This document shows positions 53,577 to 63,063 of a DNA stretch of 64,000 nucleotides, piece after piece. The DNA is from Nitrospirota bacterium. Its GTDB lineage: Bacteria > Nitrospirota > UBA9217. How positions within the stretch are numbered: the stretch's first letter is position 1; every line of letters begins with the position of its first letter. The stretch lies in NCBI GenBank assembly GCA_963749655.1, contig CAVVOB010000023.1:32001-96000 (forward strand), in the 5' to 3' direction. The notes beneath the pieces were generated by a model. The model searched no databases, was not told the origin of the DNA, and saw only the letters and a list, made by a program, of their open reading frames with translations. Position numbers and translations under genes: made by a program.

Positions 53577-54950
53577 TCAGTCGCTTTTCTTGAAATCAGC
53601 GGGATTGATCACGTATTTTTTCAGAAGATTATACAGGTCCGCCCGGTACTTTCCGGCCAGGTTTGCCGCGCTGGTCACGTTGCCGCGGGTCATTTCAAGG
53701 AGCCGGATCAGATAGCCCTTTTCAAAACTGTCCCTGGCCTCCTTCAGCGGCTTGATCGACTCTTCGGGCCCCGTCTTCATCGGCAGGATGAGGTCCTCTC
53801 CGATGACGTCCTGGCTGGTCATGGCTGCAGCATATTCGATCGTGTTCTCCAGCTCGCGGATGTTCCCGGGCCAGTCGTAAAACATGAGCCGCTGCATTGC
53901 ATGGGCCGTGAGCCCCTTGATCTTCTTGTTCATCTGGTCGCCGTACTTCTTCAGGAAGTGATCGACCAGCACGGGGATGTCCTCTTTCCGCTCCCGCAGG
54001 GCCGGCAGGACGATGGGGATCACGTGGATGCGGTAATACAGGTCCTCGCGGAACTGGCCCTGCTTGACGAGCTCGTCGATGTTCCTGTTCGTCGCCACGA
54101 TGACACGAACGTCCACTTCGATCGGCCGCTCGCCGCCCACGGGATAGAACTGGCGCTCCTGGAGAACACGAAGCAGCTTTGCCTGCAGGGAAAGGGGCAT
54201 GTCCCCGATCTCGTCCAGGAAGATGGTCCCCTCGTGGGCCTGGACAAAAAGCCCCTTCGAAGTTTTTATCGCGCCGGTGAACGCGCCTTTTTCGTGGCCG
54301 AACAGCTCGCTCTCGAGCAGCGTCTCGGGAAGGGCCGCGCAGTTGATGGCCACAAAGGGCTTGTCCTTCCGGTTGCTGTTCAGGTGGATCGCCCGGGCGA
54401 TGAGCTCCTTGCCGGTGCCGCTCTCGCCCCGGACAAAGACCGTGGATTCCGTCACGGCGATGCGGGAAACGGCTTCAAGCACGCGCTGCATCATCTCGCT
54501 CCGGGCTACGATGTTCTTGAAATCGTAGCGGTCGGACAACAGGCCCTTCAGCCGGTCGACCTCGGTGGCGAGCCTCCGGCTCTCCAGGGCATGCTCTACA
54601 TGCATGATCAGTTCGCGGGCGTCGAAGGGTTTGGTGAGATAGGTGAAGGCGCCGCGCTTCATCGCCTCGACGGCGCTCTCGATGCTGCCGTGGGCCGTCA
54701 GGATGATGACCGGCAGGCCCGGCACCATGCGGTGGATCTCCTCCATGAGCGAGATCCCGTCCTGGCCCACCAGCTGCAGATCGAGGATCGCCAGGTCGAA
54801 GACCTGAACGGCAACGGCCTCCCGGGCGACGTTCTCATCGGGCGCCGTGGTCACGGTATAGCCCGACGACTCCAGCCGCATTTTCATGAGCTCCAGGAGG
54901 TTGTAGTCGTCGTCCACGATCAGCAGCGTTCCGGTCTTGTCCTTCTCCAT
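53577..54950 (-). CDS. sigma54-dependent response regulator, GlrR/QseF-like
   Basis: REC domain (LTAHGSI), GESGTGKE, GAFTGA; C-terminus EARDSFEKGYL..GNVTSAA.LAG..R..Y.LL resembles GlrR. Confidence 0.92.
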   Translation of the reverse strand: MEKDKTGTLLIVDDDYNLLELMKMRLESSGYTVTTAPDENVAREAVAVQVFDLAILDLQLVGQDGISLMEEIHRMVPGLPVIILTAHGSIESAVEAMKRGAFTYLTKPFDARELIMHVEHALESRRLATEVDRLKGLLSDRYDFKNIVARSEMMQRVLEAVSRIAVTESTVFVRGESGTGKELIARAIHLNSNRKDKPFVAINCAALPETLLESELFGHEKGAFTGAIKTSKGLFVQAHEGTIFLDEIGDMPLSLQAKLLRVLQERQFYPVGGERPIEVDVRVIVATNRNIDELVKQGQFREDLYYRIHVIPIVLPALRERKEDIPVLVDHFLKKYGDQMNKKIKGLTAHAMQRLMFYDWPGNIRELENTIEYAAAMTSQDVIGEDLILPMKTGPEESIKPLKEARDSFEKGYLIRLLEMTRGNVTSAANLAGKYRADLYNLLKKYVINPADFKKSD

Positions 54951-54952
54951 GC

Positions 54953-55408
54953 CTATTTCCCCATCCCCTTCTTCAGCTTCTCGATTTCGATGTCCACCTG
55001 CTTCGCCTTCTCGAATGCCTGCAGCACGCTCGTCCATATTTTCGCCTCTTCAACCAGGGGGCTGTGCGGGAATTCCCGCTCCACCCGCATGAAATAGCCG
55101 AGTGCCTTCCGGTAGTCCTTCTTCGGATTCGCGTAATGGGCGCTGATGAGCCCCAGGTTCATGAGCGCCGTGTCTCCCGGCGGCGTATTCGGCGAACGGG
55201 CCAGCAGGTCCAGGCTCTCCTTGATCGCGCCGTCAAAGTCCCCCTGGCTCACCAGCCCGTTGACCCGCCTCAGGTGATTGCATTCCTCCACGCGCACCAC
55301 GCGCGCGGGAGGCGCTTTGACGGGCACACAGGCGGACATGACGCCCAGCATCACACAGGCAGCTGAAACAAAAAGGTACTGCCGTTTCCCGGTTCGCTGA
55401 GTACCCAC
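54953..55408 (-). CDS. Helical (TPR-like) lipoprotein, QseG-like by position
   Basis: Lipobox MSAC; C-terminal KQVDIEIE coiled coil; lies between kinase and regulator. Confidence 0.75.
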   Translation of the reverse strand: MGTQRTGKRQYLFVSAACVMLGVMSACVPVKAPPARVVRVEECNHLRRVNGLVSQGDFDGAIKESLDLLARSPNTPPGDTALMNLGLISAHYANPKKDYRKALGYFMRVEREFPHSPLVEEAKIWTSVLQAFEKAKQVDIEIEKLKKGMGK

Positions 55409-56793
55409 ACTCTTCCTCCATGCGTTTGAATGATATGCTTCACGATCGCCAGGCCGAGACCCGTTCCATGGATCCTGCCCGCCCCGGGCACCTGGCGGAA
55501 CTTGTCGAAGATCGCCTCGGCATGCTCCTGCGGAATGCCCGGACCGGTGTCGGAAACCGAGACGATGACGGTCGACTCATCGTGCCGTGCGGCAATGCGC
55601 ACCGTGCCGCCGCGGGGCGTGAACTTCAGGGCGTTGCCGACCAGGTTGCGCAGCACCTGGAGAATCCGCTCGGAGTCCATGGAAACGTCCACCAGCCTTC
55701 CTACTTCGCTCACGAGCGAGATCTGCTTCGACTCGGCCAGCGGCCCCACTTCCTGCACGACCCGGGCGATGAGCGGCGAGAGATCGGCCCGGGCCAGCGT
55801 GAAGGTCAGCATCCCCGATTCGAGCTTGGAAAGATCGAGAACGGAATTGACCAGCTCGATGAGCCGGTTGCTTTCCTCGGAGATGATCGTCAGCAGCCGC
55901 TTCTGCTTTTCCGTCACGTCGCCGCCCCGTCCCTCCAGGAACAGGTTGGTCCCCTCCTTGATGGAGGTGAGGGGGGTCCGAAGCTCATGGGACATGAGTG
56001 AAAAAAAGTCGGACTTCATCCTGTCCACGACCTTGAGGTTGCGGCACATGGTGTTGAACGCCTGGGCCAGCTCGCCGATCTCGGGCGGCGAGGGCAGCTT
56101 CAGATCGGCCTCGAACACGCCGTCGGCTATGTCTTTCGTCTTCTTCTGCATGATCCTAAGCGGTTTGGTGATGCTCCGGGTGATCAGGACCGCAAGGAGG
56201 AGGCCGAACACCAGGGACAGAGTGCTCACGGTAATGGCAACGGTCCTCGCTTCCGTGCCCGCCTCGCTCAGCTTCCGCACCTTATCGACGATGGCCTGCT
56301 GACCCAGGGCCCGCACCTTGGACAGCTCATCGAGCGCGGCGCCGACCATCTGCTCCTTCTCGGCGTCGTAGAGTGCCTTCGCGTACGACTGCCCTTCCCG
56401 GAGATACTCCGCCTCCTGCGTGAACAGGTACACATAGGTCTGATGCAGGTCGGCGATGGACATCAGCGAAGCGCGGACCTCGCCGGACACGTCGAGGCGG
56501 ATGGATTCGGCGAGCTTCTTCCCGAACTCTTCCTTGGACTTGAGGAATCCATCATAGAATGCCCGGTCTCGTACGATGAGATACTTCTTTTCGTACCTCG
56601 TTTCGGACAGGAGGTCGTCCGTCAGCTCCTTGTTGAGGCTGATGAGCGTGTTATCCGTCAGGATGATGGAGTGCGTGACGTCGTTGACCCGTCCGAGCTG
56701 CACGATCGCGTACACGCTCATGCCCGCCACCAGAACGAGCAGCACGGAATACCCCAGTATCAGTCTTGACAGGATGCTCAGTCTCACATACAC
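55351..56793 (-). CDS. HAMP-domain sensor histidine kinase, GlrK/QseE-like
   Basis: 2 TM, HAMP, MSHELRTPLTSIKEG, NALKFTP, DTGPG, GTGLGL. Confidence 0.93.
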   Translation of the reverse strand: MYVRLSILSRLILGYSVLLVLVAGMSVYAIVQLGRVNDVTHSIILTDNTLISLNKELTDDLLSETRYEKKYLIVRDRAFYDGFLKSKEEFGKKLAESIRLDVSGEVRASLMSIADLHQTYVYLFTQEAEYLREGQSYAKALYDAEKEQMVGAALDELSKVRALGQQAIVDKVRKLSEAGTEARTVAITVSTLSLVFGLLLAVLITRSITKPLRIMQKKTKDIADGVFEADLKLPSPPEIGELAQAFNTMCRNLKVVDRMKSDFFSLMSHELRTPLTSIKEGTNLFLEGRGGDVTEKQKRLLTIISEESNRLIELVNSVLDLSKLESGMLTFTLARADLSPLIARVVQEVGPLAESKQISLVSEVGRLVDVSMDSERILQVLRNLVGNALKFTPRGGTVRIAARHDESTVIVSVSDTGPGIPQEHAEAIFDKFRQVPGAGRIHGTGLGLAIVKHIIQTHGGRVWVLSEPGNGSTFLFQLPV

Positions 56794-57254
56794 CGCCCTC
56801 AGCGGCTTTACTCACCGGTCTCTGCAGGTGAAAAAGACAAAAATATATACGAATATATACGGCTGCTACTAAAGAAGGAGAACAGCGCGGCTTCTGGAGA
56901 GAGCATAATACACCAGACCAATATTTTTTTTCCAGTTAAATGACGACCGCCTCATGAAAATCTTCAGTACAGCAGCACAATCCACCGGATTTTTCGTTCT
57001 TCTGTTGAAAATGTTGCTCCTCAATTAAAGATACCACCCTGCTCAACAAAAATTTTTCGCGGGGCACTCGAAGGAGGCCGGCGGTGCCGGTCAATAATCA
57101 ACTATCAGCGGCAAGCTGTCCGCTACCACCGTTTTTCTCCCATGACGAGCGGCCCTCTCCCCGTTGCAGTCGTGAACGGACGTCTTGCTCCCGTGCCGCT
57201 GCAGCACCTCCTGAAAGGCTTTCGCTTTCAGAAGGCTTTCGGGTATAATAGCCT

Positions 57255-58241
57255 ATGCACATCCGCGATGTTCTCATACAGAACCCCCTCGTCCTCGCGC
57301 CCATGGCCGGGATAACCGACTTTCCCTTCCGGAGGATCTGCAAGGAGATGGGCGCCGGTCTCGTCTATTCCGAGATGCTGAGCGTCGAAGCCCTGATCCG
57401 GGACCACAAGCGCACCAAGGGGATGCTCACGACCGACCCCGTCGAGCGACCCGTGGTGTTTCAGATCTTCGGCGGCAGGCCCGCATCGATGGCCGATGCC
57501 GCGCGCATTGTTTCCGAAAGCCCCGTGGATTTCATCGACATCAACATGGGCTGCCCGGTACCGAAGGTCCTGAAGAGCGGCGCCGGCTCGGCGCTGCTTC
57601 GCGACCTGCCCCTTGCCCGGGAGATCATGTCCGCCGTGGTCAAGGCATCGGTCGTTCCGGTTACGGTCAAGATACGCCTCGGATGGGACGCGAAGAGCTT
57701 TGTGGCCGTCGATTTTGCAAAGGCCGCGGAAGACGCCGGCATCGTGGCAGTGACGGTCCACGGCAGGACCAAGGTGCAGGGCTTCTCCGGCGATGCCGAC
57801 TGGAGCATGATCAAGGCCGTGAAGGACGCGGTCAGGATCCCGGTCATCGGCAACGGCGACATCCGCTCGGCCCGCGACGCGAAGCTGATGATGGAGCAAA
57901 CCGGCTGCGACGGCGTCATGATCGGCCGCGCCATCCAGGGCAATCCCTGGATCTTCCGCGAAGCCCGGCACTATCTCGCGACCGGGGGCCTCCTGCCTCC
58001 GCCGTCGCCTGAAGAGCGGGAAGCAGTGATGCTCCGCCACCTGAACGACATGGTCAAAATGACCGGCGAACACATCGGGGTCCGGGAAATGCGCAAGCAC
58101 CTTTGCTGGTACACGAAGGGGCTGCCCGGCGGCGCTGAATTCAGGGAGCGGATCAATCGCATGGATGAAGCGGAAGAGGTGAAGCAGGAGATCGGCGCAT
58201 TTTTCGTAGGTCTGGAAAACAGCGCCGTGGCGTCGCTTTAA
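57255..58241 (+). CDS. dusB: tRNA-dihydrouridine synthase B
   Basis: LAPMAGITD, DINMGCP, VHGRT, GNGDI, MIGRA. Confidence 0.93.
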   Translation: MHIRDVLIQNPLVLAPMAGITDFPFRRICKEMGAGLVYSEMLSVEALIRDHKRTKGMLTTDPVERPVVFQIFGGRPASMADAARIVSESPVDFIDINMGCPVPKVLKSGAGSALLRDLPLAREIMSAVVKASVVPVTVKIRLGWDAKSFVAVDFAKAAEDAGIVAVTVHGRTKVQGFSGDADWSMIKAVKDAVRIPVIGNGDIRSARDAKLMMEQTGCDGVMIGRAIQGNPWIFREARHYLATGGLLPPPSPEEREAVMLRHLNDMVKMTGEHIGVREMRKHLCWYTKGLPGGAEFRERINRMDEAEEVKQEIGAFFVGLENSAVASL

Positions 58242-58337
58242 AGCCGTTGGATCCCCCCTGCCTCAGTCATGGAGGGGCAGGCTTGCACGCCCGGTATGAC
58301 TGCTGCCTTGAAAAAAGTCGCCGGAATAAAGCTCTCT

Positions 58338-58409
58338 GACAGGATAACAGGATAAAATCGGGATAAGATTCCGCTGAATTTCTAATCCTGTTCATCCTGT
58401 TATCCTGTC
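58338..58409. repeat. Bipartite inverted ACAGGAT element (second copy)
   Basis: GACAGGATAACAGGATAAAATCGGGAT...ATCCTGTTCATCCTGTTATCCTGTC. Confidence 0.8.
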
Positions 58410-58441
58410 TATGATTGGGTTCAATTTCTTCGAGCTCAACA

Positions 58442-58813
58442 ATGAAACCGGAAAAGGACAAACAGGACGAGATCATCGCCGAAGCCAGGCGACACCGCGA
58501 GCAGCGGGAGAAGGAATACCGCGAGCGGGCGCTCAAGATGTATCCCCATCTCTGTGCGCGCTGCGGACGGGAATTCGCCGGGAAGAAGCTTCGCGAGCTG
58601 ACGGTCCACCACAAGGACCACAACCACGACAACAATCCGCCCGACGGCAGCAACTGGGAGCTGCTCTGCCTCTACTGCCACGACAACGAACATCAGGAGT
58701 ATCTGGACACGGAGACCTTCGGCAAGGAGTCTCCCGCAGGACCAGGCGGCCGACCCTCCACCTACAAGCCCTTCGAGGCGCTTGCCGATCTCTTGAAAAA
58801 CAAAAAACCATGA
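58442..58813 (+). CDS. yajD: YajD-family HNH nuclease
   Basis: YRERALK..CARCGREF..LTVHHKDHNHDNNPPDGSNWELLCLYCHDNEH. Confidence 0.9.
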   Translation: MKPEKDKQDEIIAEARRHREQREKEYRERALKMYPHLCARCGREFAGKKLRELTVHHKDHNHDNNPPDGSNWELLCLYCHDNEHQEYLDTETFGKESPAGPGGRPSTYKPFEALADLLKNKKP

Positions 58814-59149
58814 TCCGAGTGGAGCCCCCTCCGGCATCCCGACCTGTCGGGACTAAAATTGACGCGACCTCCCGCCTGCACCCGGCGTTTACGAGTGCGG
58901 ATGCACGGAGTGCCAGGTGGAACTGCGAACTCGCGCATGCGTGACACGTTCGTGTCACGCGCGAGTGAGCGCTTTCCACCCCCGGCCGGAGCCGGGGGAT
59001 GCCAAGGCGCGGGATAGCTCTGAACCGTTCCTGTTAGCCGCTGCCTTTCTTCAATTCCCGCATTGACATGCCCTGCCCCATTGATTAAACTTATTCGAGG
59101 ACGTGAATGAAGAGAATCCCTTTTTTGAATTGAAAGGACGGACAGCTTC

Positions 59150-59710
59150 ATGAAGAACTTTATTCGGACCACAGCAGCAGTCGCGGCGTTCTGCTTTTTT
59201 GCCGGGCTGGCTATTGCCGAACCTCCCGCAACATCGCCCCGCGATCAGAAGGACGCCGCAGGCGCCCAGGATTCCTTTTCTCTTGTTCCTCCGAAAAAAT
59301 GGTCCGTCAATATCAAAGATGCCAACGCGAGAGGCATGTACGCCTACATGCTGATGGACGGCTACACCTATGAAACATCACCGGCACTCATCTACGTCAG
59401 GATAATGGACAAAATGGGCGTTGGCGTGGATGAACACCTGAAAGAGGACATGAAGGAGTCTCGCAAGGCAAGTCCCGACGTCACCTTTCAACCTTTCAAG
59501 GTCGACGGCCTGAAATATTCCTACGCAGCCAAAAAATACACTTACGGCAAGACCTCGTGCGACTACCTCTGCTATGTCGATCCCGGAAAGGACGAGCAGA
59601 CCTTCCTGATCTTTGTTCTGTCCTCGGACTATAAGAACTGCGGAAAATATTCGGAAGAATTCAGGACCGTGCTCAAATCCTTTGTTTGGGGCGGCACGTC
59701 AGGCCAATAA
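59150..59710 (+). CDS. Secreted hypothetical protein
   Basis: Signal peptide ending in AIA; 186 aa. Confidence 0.75.
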   Translation: MKNFIRTTAAVAAFCFFAGLAIAEPPATSPRDQKDAAGAQDSFSLVPPKKWSVNIKDANARGMYAYMLMDGYTYETSPALIYVRIMDKMGVGVDEHLKEDMKESRKASPDVTFQPFKVDGLKYSYAAKKYTYGKTSCDYLCYVDPGKDEQTFLIFVLSSDYKNCGKYSEEFRTVLKSFVWGGTSGQ

Positions 59711-59746
59711 AGACCAGCAGGCCGCCGGAAGAGGGGGGAGGGTTCA

Positions 59747-60202
59747 TCATGCCATTTTGTGATTCTTCATCTCCCGTTCTTGTTGTCTCTTGAATCTTCT
59801 CAACTCGCTGATCGTCATGCACCGTGCCGAAGCCTCCCGCACGAAACTGATGTCTTCTTCAGCCTCGTCCATCCCGAGATCAGCGCAGATGGAAGCAAGG
59901 ATTTCCTTTTGCAGGACAGGAAAGTCACGCGACCTTATCATCGAGAGAAGCGCCTTTCGCACGCCGGCTCTGGCCTCTTCCGACGGAAGCTTGTCGTAGT
60001 ATTTTTTCCTGAAATTCAGAGGCGTACCGTTCGCGCCCATTCCGTTGAGACGAGTACCTGCTATCTCCATCCATAATTCTTTTCTCAGTCTCCTGGACGG
60101 ATCTTTTTCCCGTTCTGCCGGACGGTAGAATCGAAAATAAAAAATCCAGTCCCTGATCACATCAAGGACCAACACTATGCCGGAACGGACGGGATTTTCC
60201 AT
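59747..60202 (-). CDS. Hypothetical protein
   Basis: RBS AGGAGG; 151-aa ORF downstream of the NADK-like gene. Confidence 0.6.
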   Translation of the reverse strand: MENPVRSGIVLVLDVIRDWIFYFRFYRPAEREKDPSRRLRKELWMEIAGTRLNGMGANGTPLNFRKKYYDKLPSEEARAGVRKALLSMIRSRDFPVLQKEILASICADLGMDEAEEDISFVREASARCMTISELRRFKRQQEREMKNHKMA

Positions 60203-60232
60203 GGCTCCTCCTTTTTTGTACCTGCTTGCGCG

Positions 60233-61168
60233 TTAGACCACAAGACGCCCCTTCTTCTCCGACACGCTCACTATCGCCTGTGTCCCGGAATTGAACTCCA
60301 GGTAGTCCGCCTCGATTCCATCACTGAAAATGACGCCGTTTTCGGGCATCTGGGAAACGAGACTCATCGGTTCTTTCGGAGTGACCTTGCCGAAGACCAG
60401 CGTCGCGGCCGATGCTTTGCTGGGGAACGGTTCCCGCACCGTGTAGTAAAGGTAATCCGATTCCCACTTGAAATTTTTCAGGACATCGGCATCAAAGGCC
60501 TTCCCGAATGTACTCCCGATCCCCCGTGCGCCCGCCAGGATGCTCGTGAGCCATCCTGTCGAGCCGAGACCTGTTGAGACAATGATCCCGCTCGACGACT
60601 GCTGCTCATGCTTAGTTCCGATACCGAGCAGATACCGTGCCGAGACGTGCGACCGGGGACCGATAAAAAGATCGTTCACGCCGTAAAGGACCTGTCCGTT
60701 ATTGAGCCCGACCTTGGCCATGGTGATCTCCCGTACCTGACGCCTGCGCGCAAAAACATCGGGCACGACCCCGGCCACGTCGCCTACGCCGAAGGGAAGC
60801 AGAACCCCGTCGTAACGCGCGGGATCGGGATTCACTGCGATGACCGGCTGGCCGTGAAGGTATTTGAGCGTATTCGCCACGAGGCCGTCCTGCCCAAGGA
60901 CAACGATGGTGTCTTCATCGCCGAACACGAAGTTCGTTAAAAATGCCCGGTCCAGTACCTGTACGCGCCCGAGGTCGCGCAGCTGGGCTTCCATTGTCTG
61001 CAGGGAACTCTTGTAGTTCCTGTGCTCGATCTCATAATCGGTAAAATCAGCGCCGAGGTGTTCTACATAGAATTTCGCCTGCCCGGGAGTATTGAACCGG
61101 ACGATGAGCTCTTCCAAACGCGTCGTCCTGGTGATCAGGATGATCTTATTTTCCGTCAGCCGTTTCAT
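60233..61168 (-). CDS. NAD-kinase-like protein
   Basis: GQDG (GGDG variant), NDL, SGIIVSTGLGSTGW. Confidence 0.82.
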   Translation of the reverse strand: MKRLTENKIILITRTTRLEELIVRFNTPGQAKFYVEHLGADFTDYEIEHRNYKSSLQTMEAQLRDLGRVQVLDRAFLTNFVFGDEDTIVVLGQDGLVANTLKYLHGQPVIAVNPDPARYDGVLLPFGVGDVAGVVPDVFARRRQVREITMAKVGLNNGQVLYGVNDLFIGPRSHVSARYLLGIGTKHEQQSSSGIIVSTGLGSTGWLTSILAGARGIGSTFGKAFDADVLKNFKWESDYLYYTVREPFPSKASAATLVFGKVTPKEPMSLVSQMPENGVIFSDGIEADYLEFNSGTQAIVSVSEKKGRLVV

Positions 61169-61172
61169 GCGC

Positions 61173-62189
61173 TTACCTGCTTTGTTTTGCCAGCTCCCGC
61201 AGAAGATCCGGCGAAATGTTCAATTCTCCGATCTTGGCTGCGCTCCCCGCCAGTTCGCGGAACGAAGCGGCGATCAGCTGGTTCGGCTGCATGCCCATGC
61301 TTGCCAGAGAATTGAGGACCTTGGGATCGATCCTGGCGATCGCTTCCATGACCGCCGACATGCTGTAGGCCTTGGCGTCGGCCTCGACCCGGGCGTTTTC
61401 CGCGCTCAGCTGGACGAGTTCCTTGTTCTTCTCTTCAAGAGAGACCTTTCCGGCCATCTCTTCTTCCATGAGCAGCCGTTTCTTCTCCTGCACCGCCCGC
61501 TCGGCATCCATCTGGGTTTCCCGGATCTGGCGCTTCTTGTTCTCGACGGCGATGTCGGTATTGAGTTCATTTTCCTTGATCGCCCGCTCCTGCTCGATAG
61601 CCGAGTTTCTGCGGCCGTAAATGGCCTCGTCCGCTTCCATAAGAAGCTGTTCCCGAACTCCCGCCTCCAGCGCCCGCGCCGTCTCAGGGGTCGGTTTGAT
61701 CGCGAGAATGGAAAGATCGAGAATTTCGATCCCCAGCGAGCTGAGAACTGTCGATTCCGACATGGCTGCCTTGACCTTTTTCACGAGCATGTCAAAGGAA
61801 ATCAGCACATCGCGCAGCGGAAGCGCCTGGAGTTCGGCCCGGATGAGCACCTGCACCTGGTTGATGATCCGTGCCGGGAACTTTTCCGGATCGTCGGAGA
61901 CGTATTTCCGGTTCATAGCATCCAGGGTGAAGTTCAGCATCTTCGCGAGCCGGCCCGGGTCCGCTACGCGGTAGACGACCTGGCCCTGGACCGTCACATC
62001 CTGAAAATCGGACGTCACTTCCTTGAAGATAAAGGGGATGTCCGTACTGGCGATCGGCACGGCTACGAGTGAGGTCAGGGGTGCGAAGTAAAAGAAAGAG
62101 AGACCGGTTCCCTCCCGCACCAGTCTGCCTTTGCGGTACTGCATGAGATACATCGTGGGGTCGACTTTAATGAATTGCATTCCGATCAT
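61173..62189 (-). CDS. SPFH/Band-7 domain protein with a coiled-coil tail
   Basis: TSDFQDVTVQG, LGIEILDLSILAIKP, long E/Q/K coiled coil. Confidence 0.88.
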   Translation of the reverse strand: MIGMQFIKVDPTMYLMQYRKGRLVREGTGLSFFYFAPLTSLVAVPIASTDIPFIFKEVTSDFQDVTVQGQVVYRVADPGRLAKMLNFTLDAMNRKYVSDDPEKFPARIINQVQVLIRAELQALPLRDVLISFDMLVKKVKAAMSESTVLSSLGIEILDLSILAIKPTPETARALEAGVREQLLMEADEAIYGRRNSAIEQERAIKENELNTDIAVENKKRQIRETQMDAERAVQEKKRLLMEEEMAGKVSLEEKNKELVQLSAENARVEADAKAYSMSAVMEAIARIDPKVLNSLASMGMQPNQLIAASFRELAGSAAKIGELNISPDLLRELAKQSR

Positions 62190-62210
62190 GGCGTCCTCCG
62201 TTTCGGTCCG

Positions 62211-62891
62211 TCAGATTTCAAAATCAAATCCCTTTTCCTTCAGCTGCCGGTACTTCTTCTCATCGAACTGGTACAGCCGCGCTGCGCGGTGCGCCACGTC
62301 CATCTGGACCTCGTCGAGCTCTTTCAGGAGCCCCATGCCCAGGATCTTCTTGCGAAAGTTCCGTTTATCAACATCCTGTTCCAGGACCTTTTCGTACAAC
62401 CGCTGCAGCTCGGTGAGCGTGAACTTCGCCGGCAAAAGCTCGAACCCGACAGGTTCATAGCGGACTTTCCCCCGAAGCCGCCTCAGCGCAACGTCGAAGA
62501 TCCGGTTGTGGTCGAAAGCCAGCTTCGGCACGTCGTCTATGGAAAACCAGGCTGCGTTACGCGCGTCCGTGGCGGCCTTGATCTTGTGGTCGCGGAGGTT
62601 GACCAGGGCGTAATAGGCGACGGAGATCACCCGATCGCGGGGATCGCGGCTGACGTCGCCGAAGGTATACAGCTGCTCCAGGAACACGTTATCGACCCCC
62701 GTTTCCTCCTTAAGCTCCCGCATGGCTGCGGCCTCCAGGGATTCGTCGATATGCACGAATCCTCCGGGCAGGGCCCATCGGCCCTTAAAGGGCTCGAGAT
62801 CGCGCTCGATGAGAATGATCTTGAGGTCCTTCTCGTCGAGGCCGAAAACCACGCAGTCTACGGTAACGCCGGGTTTCTTATAGGTTGTCAT
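62211..62891 (-). CDS. nrtR: NrtR-family regulator (Nudix + wHTH)
   Basis: Nudix box [43 protein letters not shown]. Confidence 0.92.
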   Translation of the reverse strand: MTTYKKPGVTVDCVVFGLDEKDLKIILIERDLEPFKGRWALPGGFVHIDESLEAAAMRELKEETGVDNVFLEQLYTFGDVSRDPRDRVISVAYYALVNLRDHKIKAATDARNAAWFSIDDVPKLAFDHNRIFDVALRRLRGKVRYEPVGFELLPAKFTLTELQRLYEKVLEQDVDKRNFRKKILGMGLLKELDEVQMDVAHRAARLYQFDEKKYRQLKEKGFDFEI

Positions 62892-62904
62892 TATTGTTCC
62901 TCAA

Positions 62905-62952
62905 TGGTGTTTCTTTAACACTAAGTATAGTGTATTAATTACACTTTGTCAA
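62905..62952 (-). promoter_or_regulatory. sigma70 promoter overlapped by two tandem NrtR-type operators
   Basis: Minus strand TTGACA-17nt-TATACT; palindromes TGGTGTTTCTTTAACACTA (62905-62923) and TAGTGTATTAATTACACTT (62928-62946), each with a GT-N7-AC core. Confidence 0.8.
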
Positions 62953-62997
62953 GAAAAAATTTCTGACCGTCTGGGATATGATCGCGCACATCCCTTC

Positions 62998-63036
62998 TTG
63001 ACAGCCTCCTGCGAAACCTCTACACTCTTATCCACA
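62998..63036 (+). promoter_or_regulatory. sigma70 promoter followed by a consensus DnaA box
   Basis: TTGACA-17nt-TACACT (62998-63026); TTATCCACA at 63028-63036. Confidence 0.55.
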
Positions 63037-63063
63037 ATAAGACGACAACAGCGGAGGGACGGC

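Noticed and set aside
63028-63036. Replication origin
   Set aside because: Only one DnaA box was seen, with no box cluster, unwinding element or dnaA/dnaN nearby.
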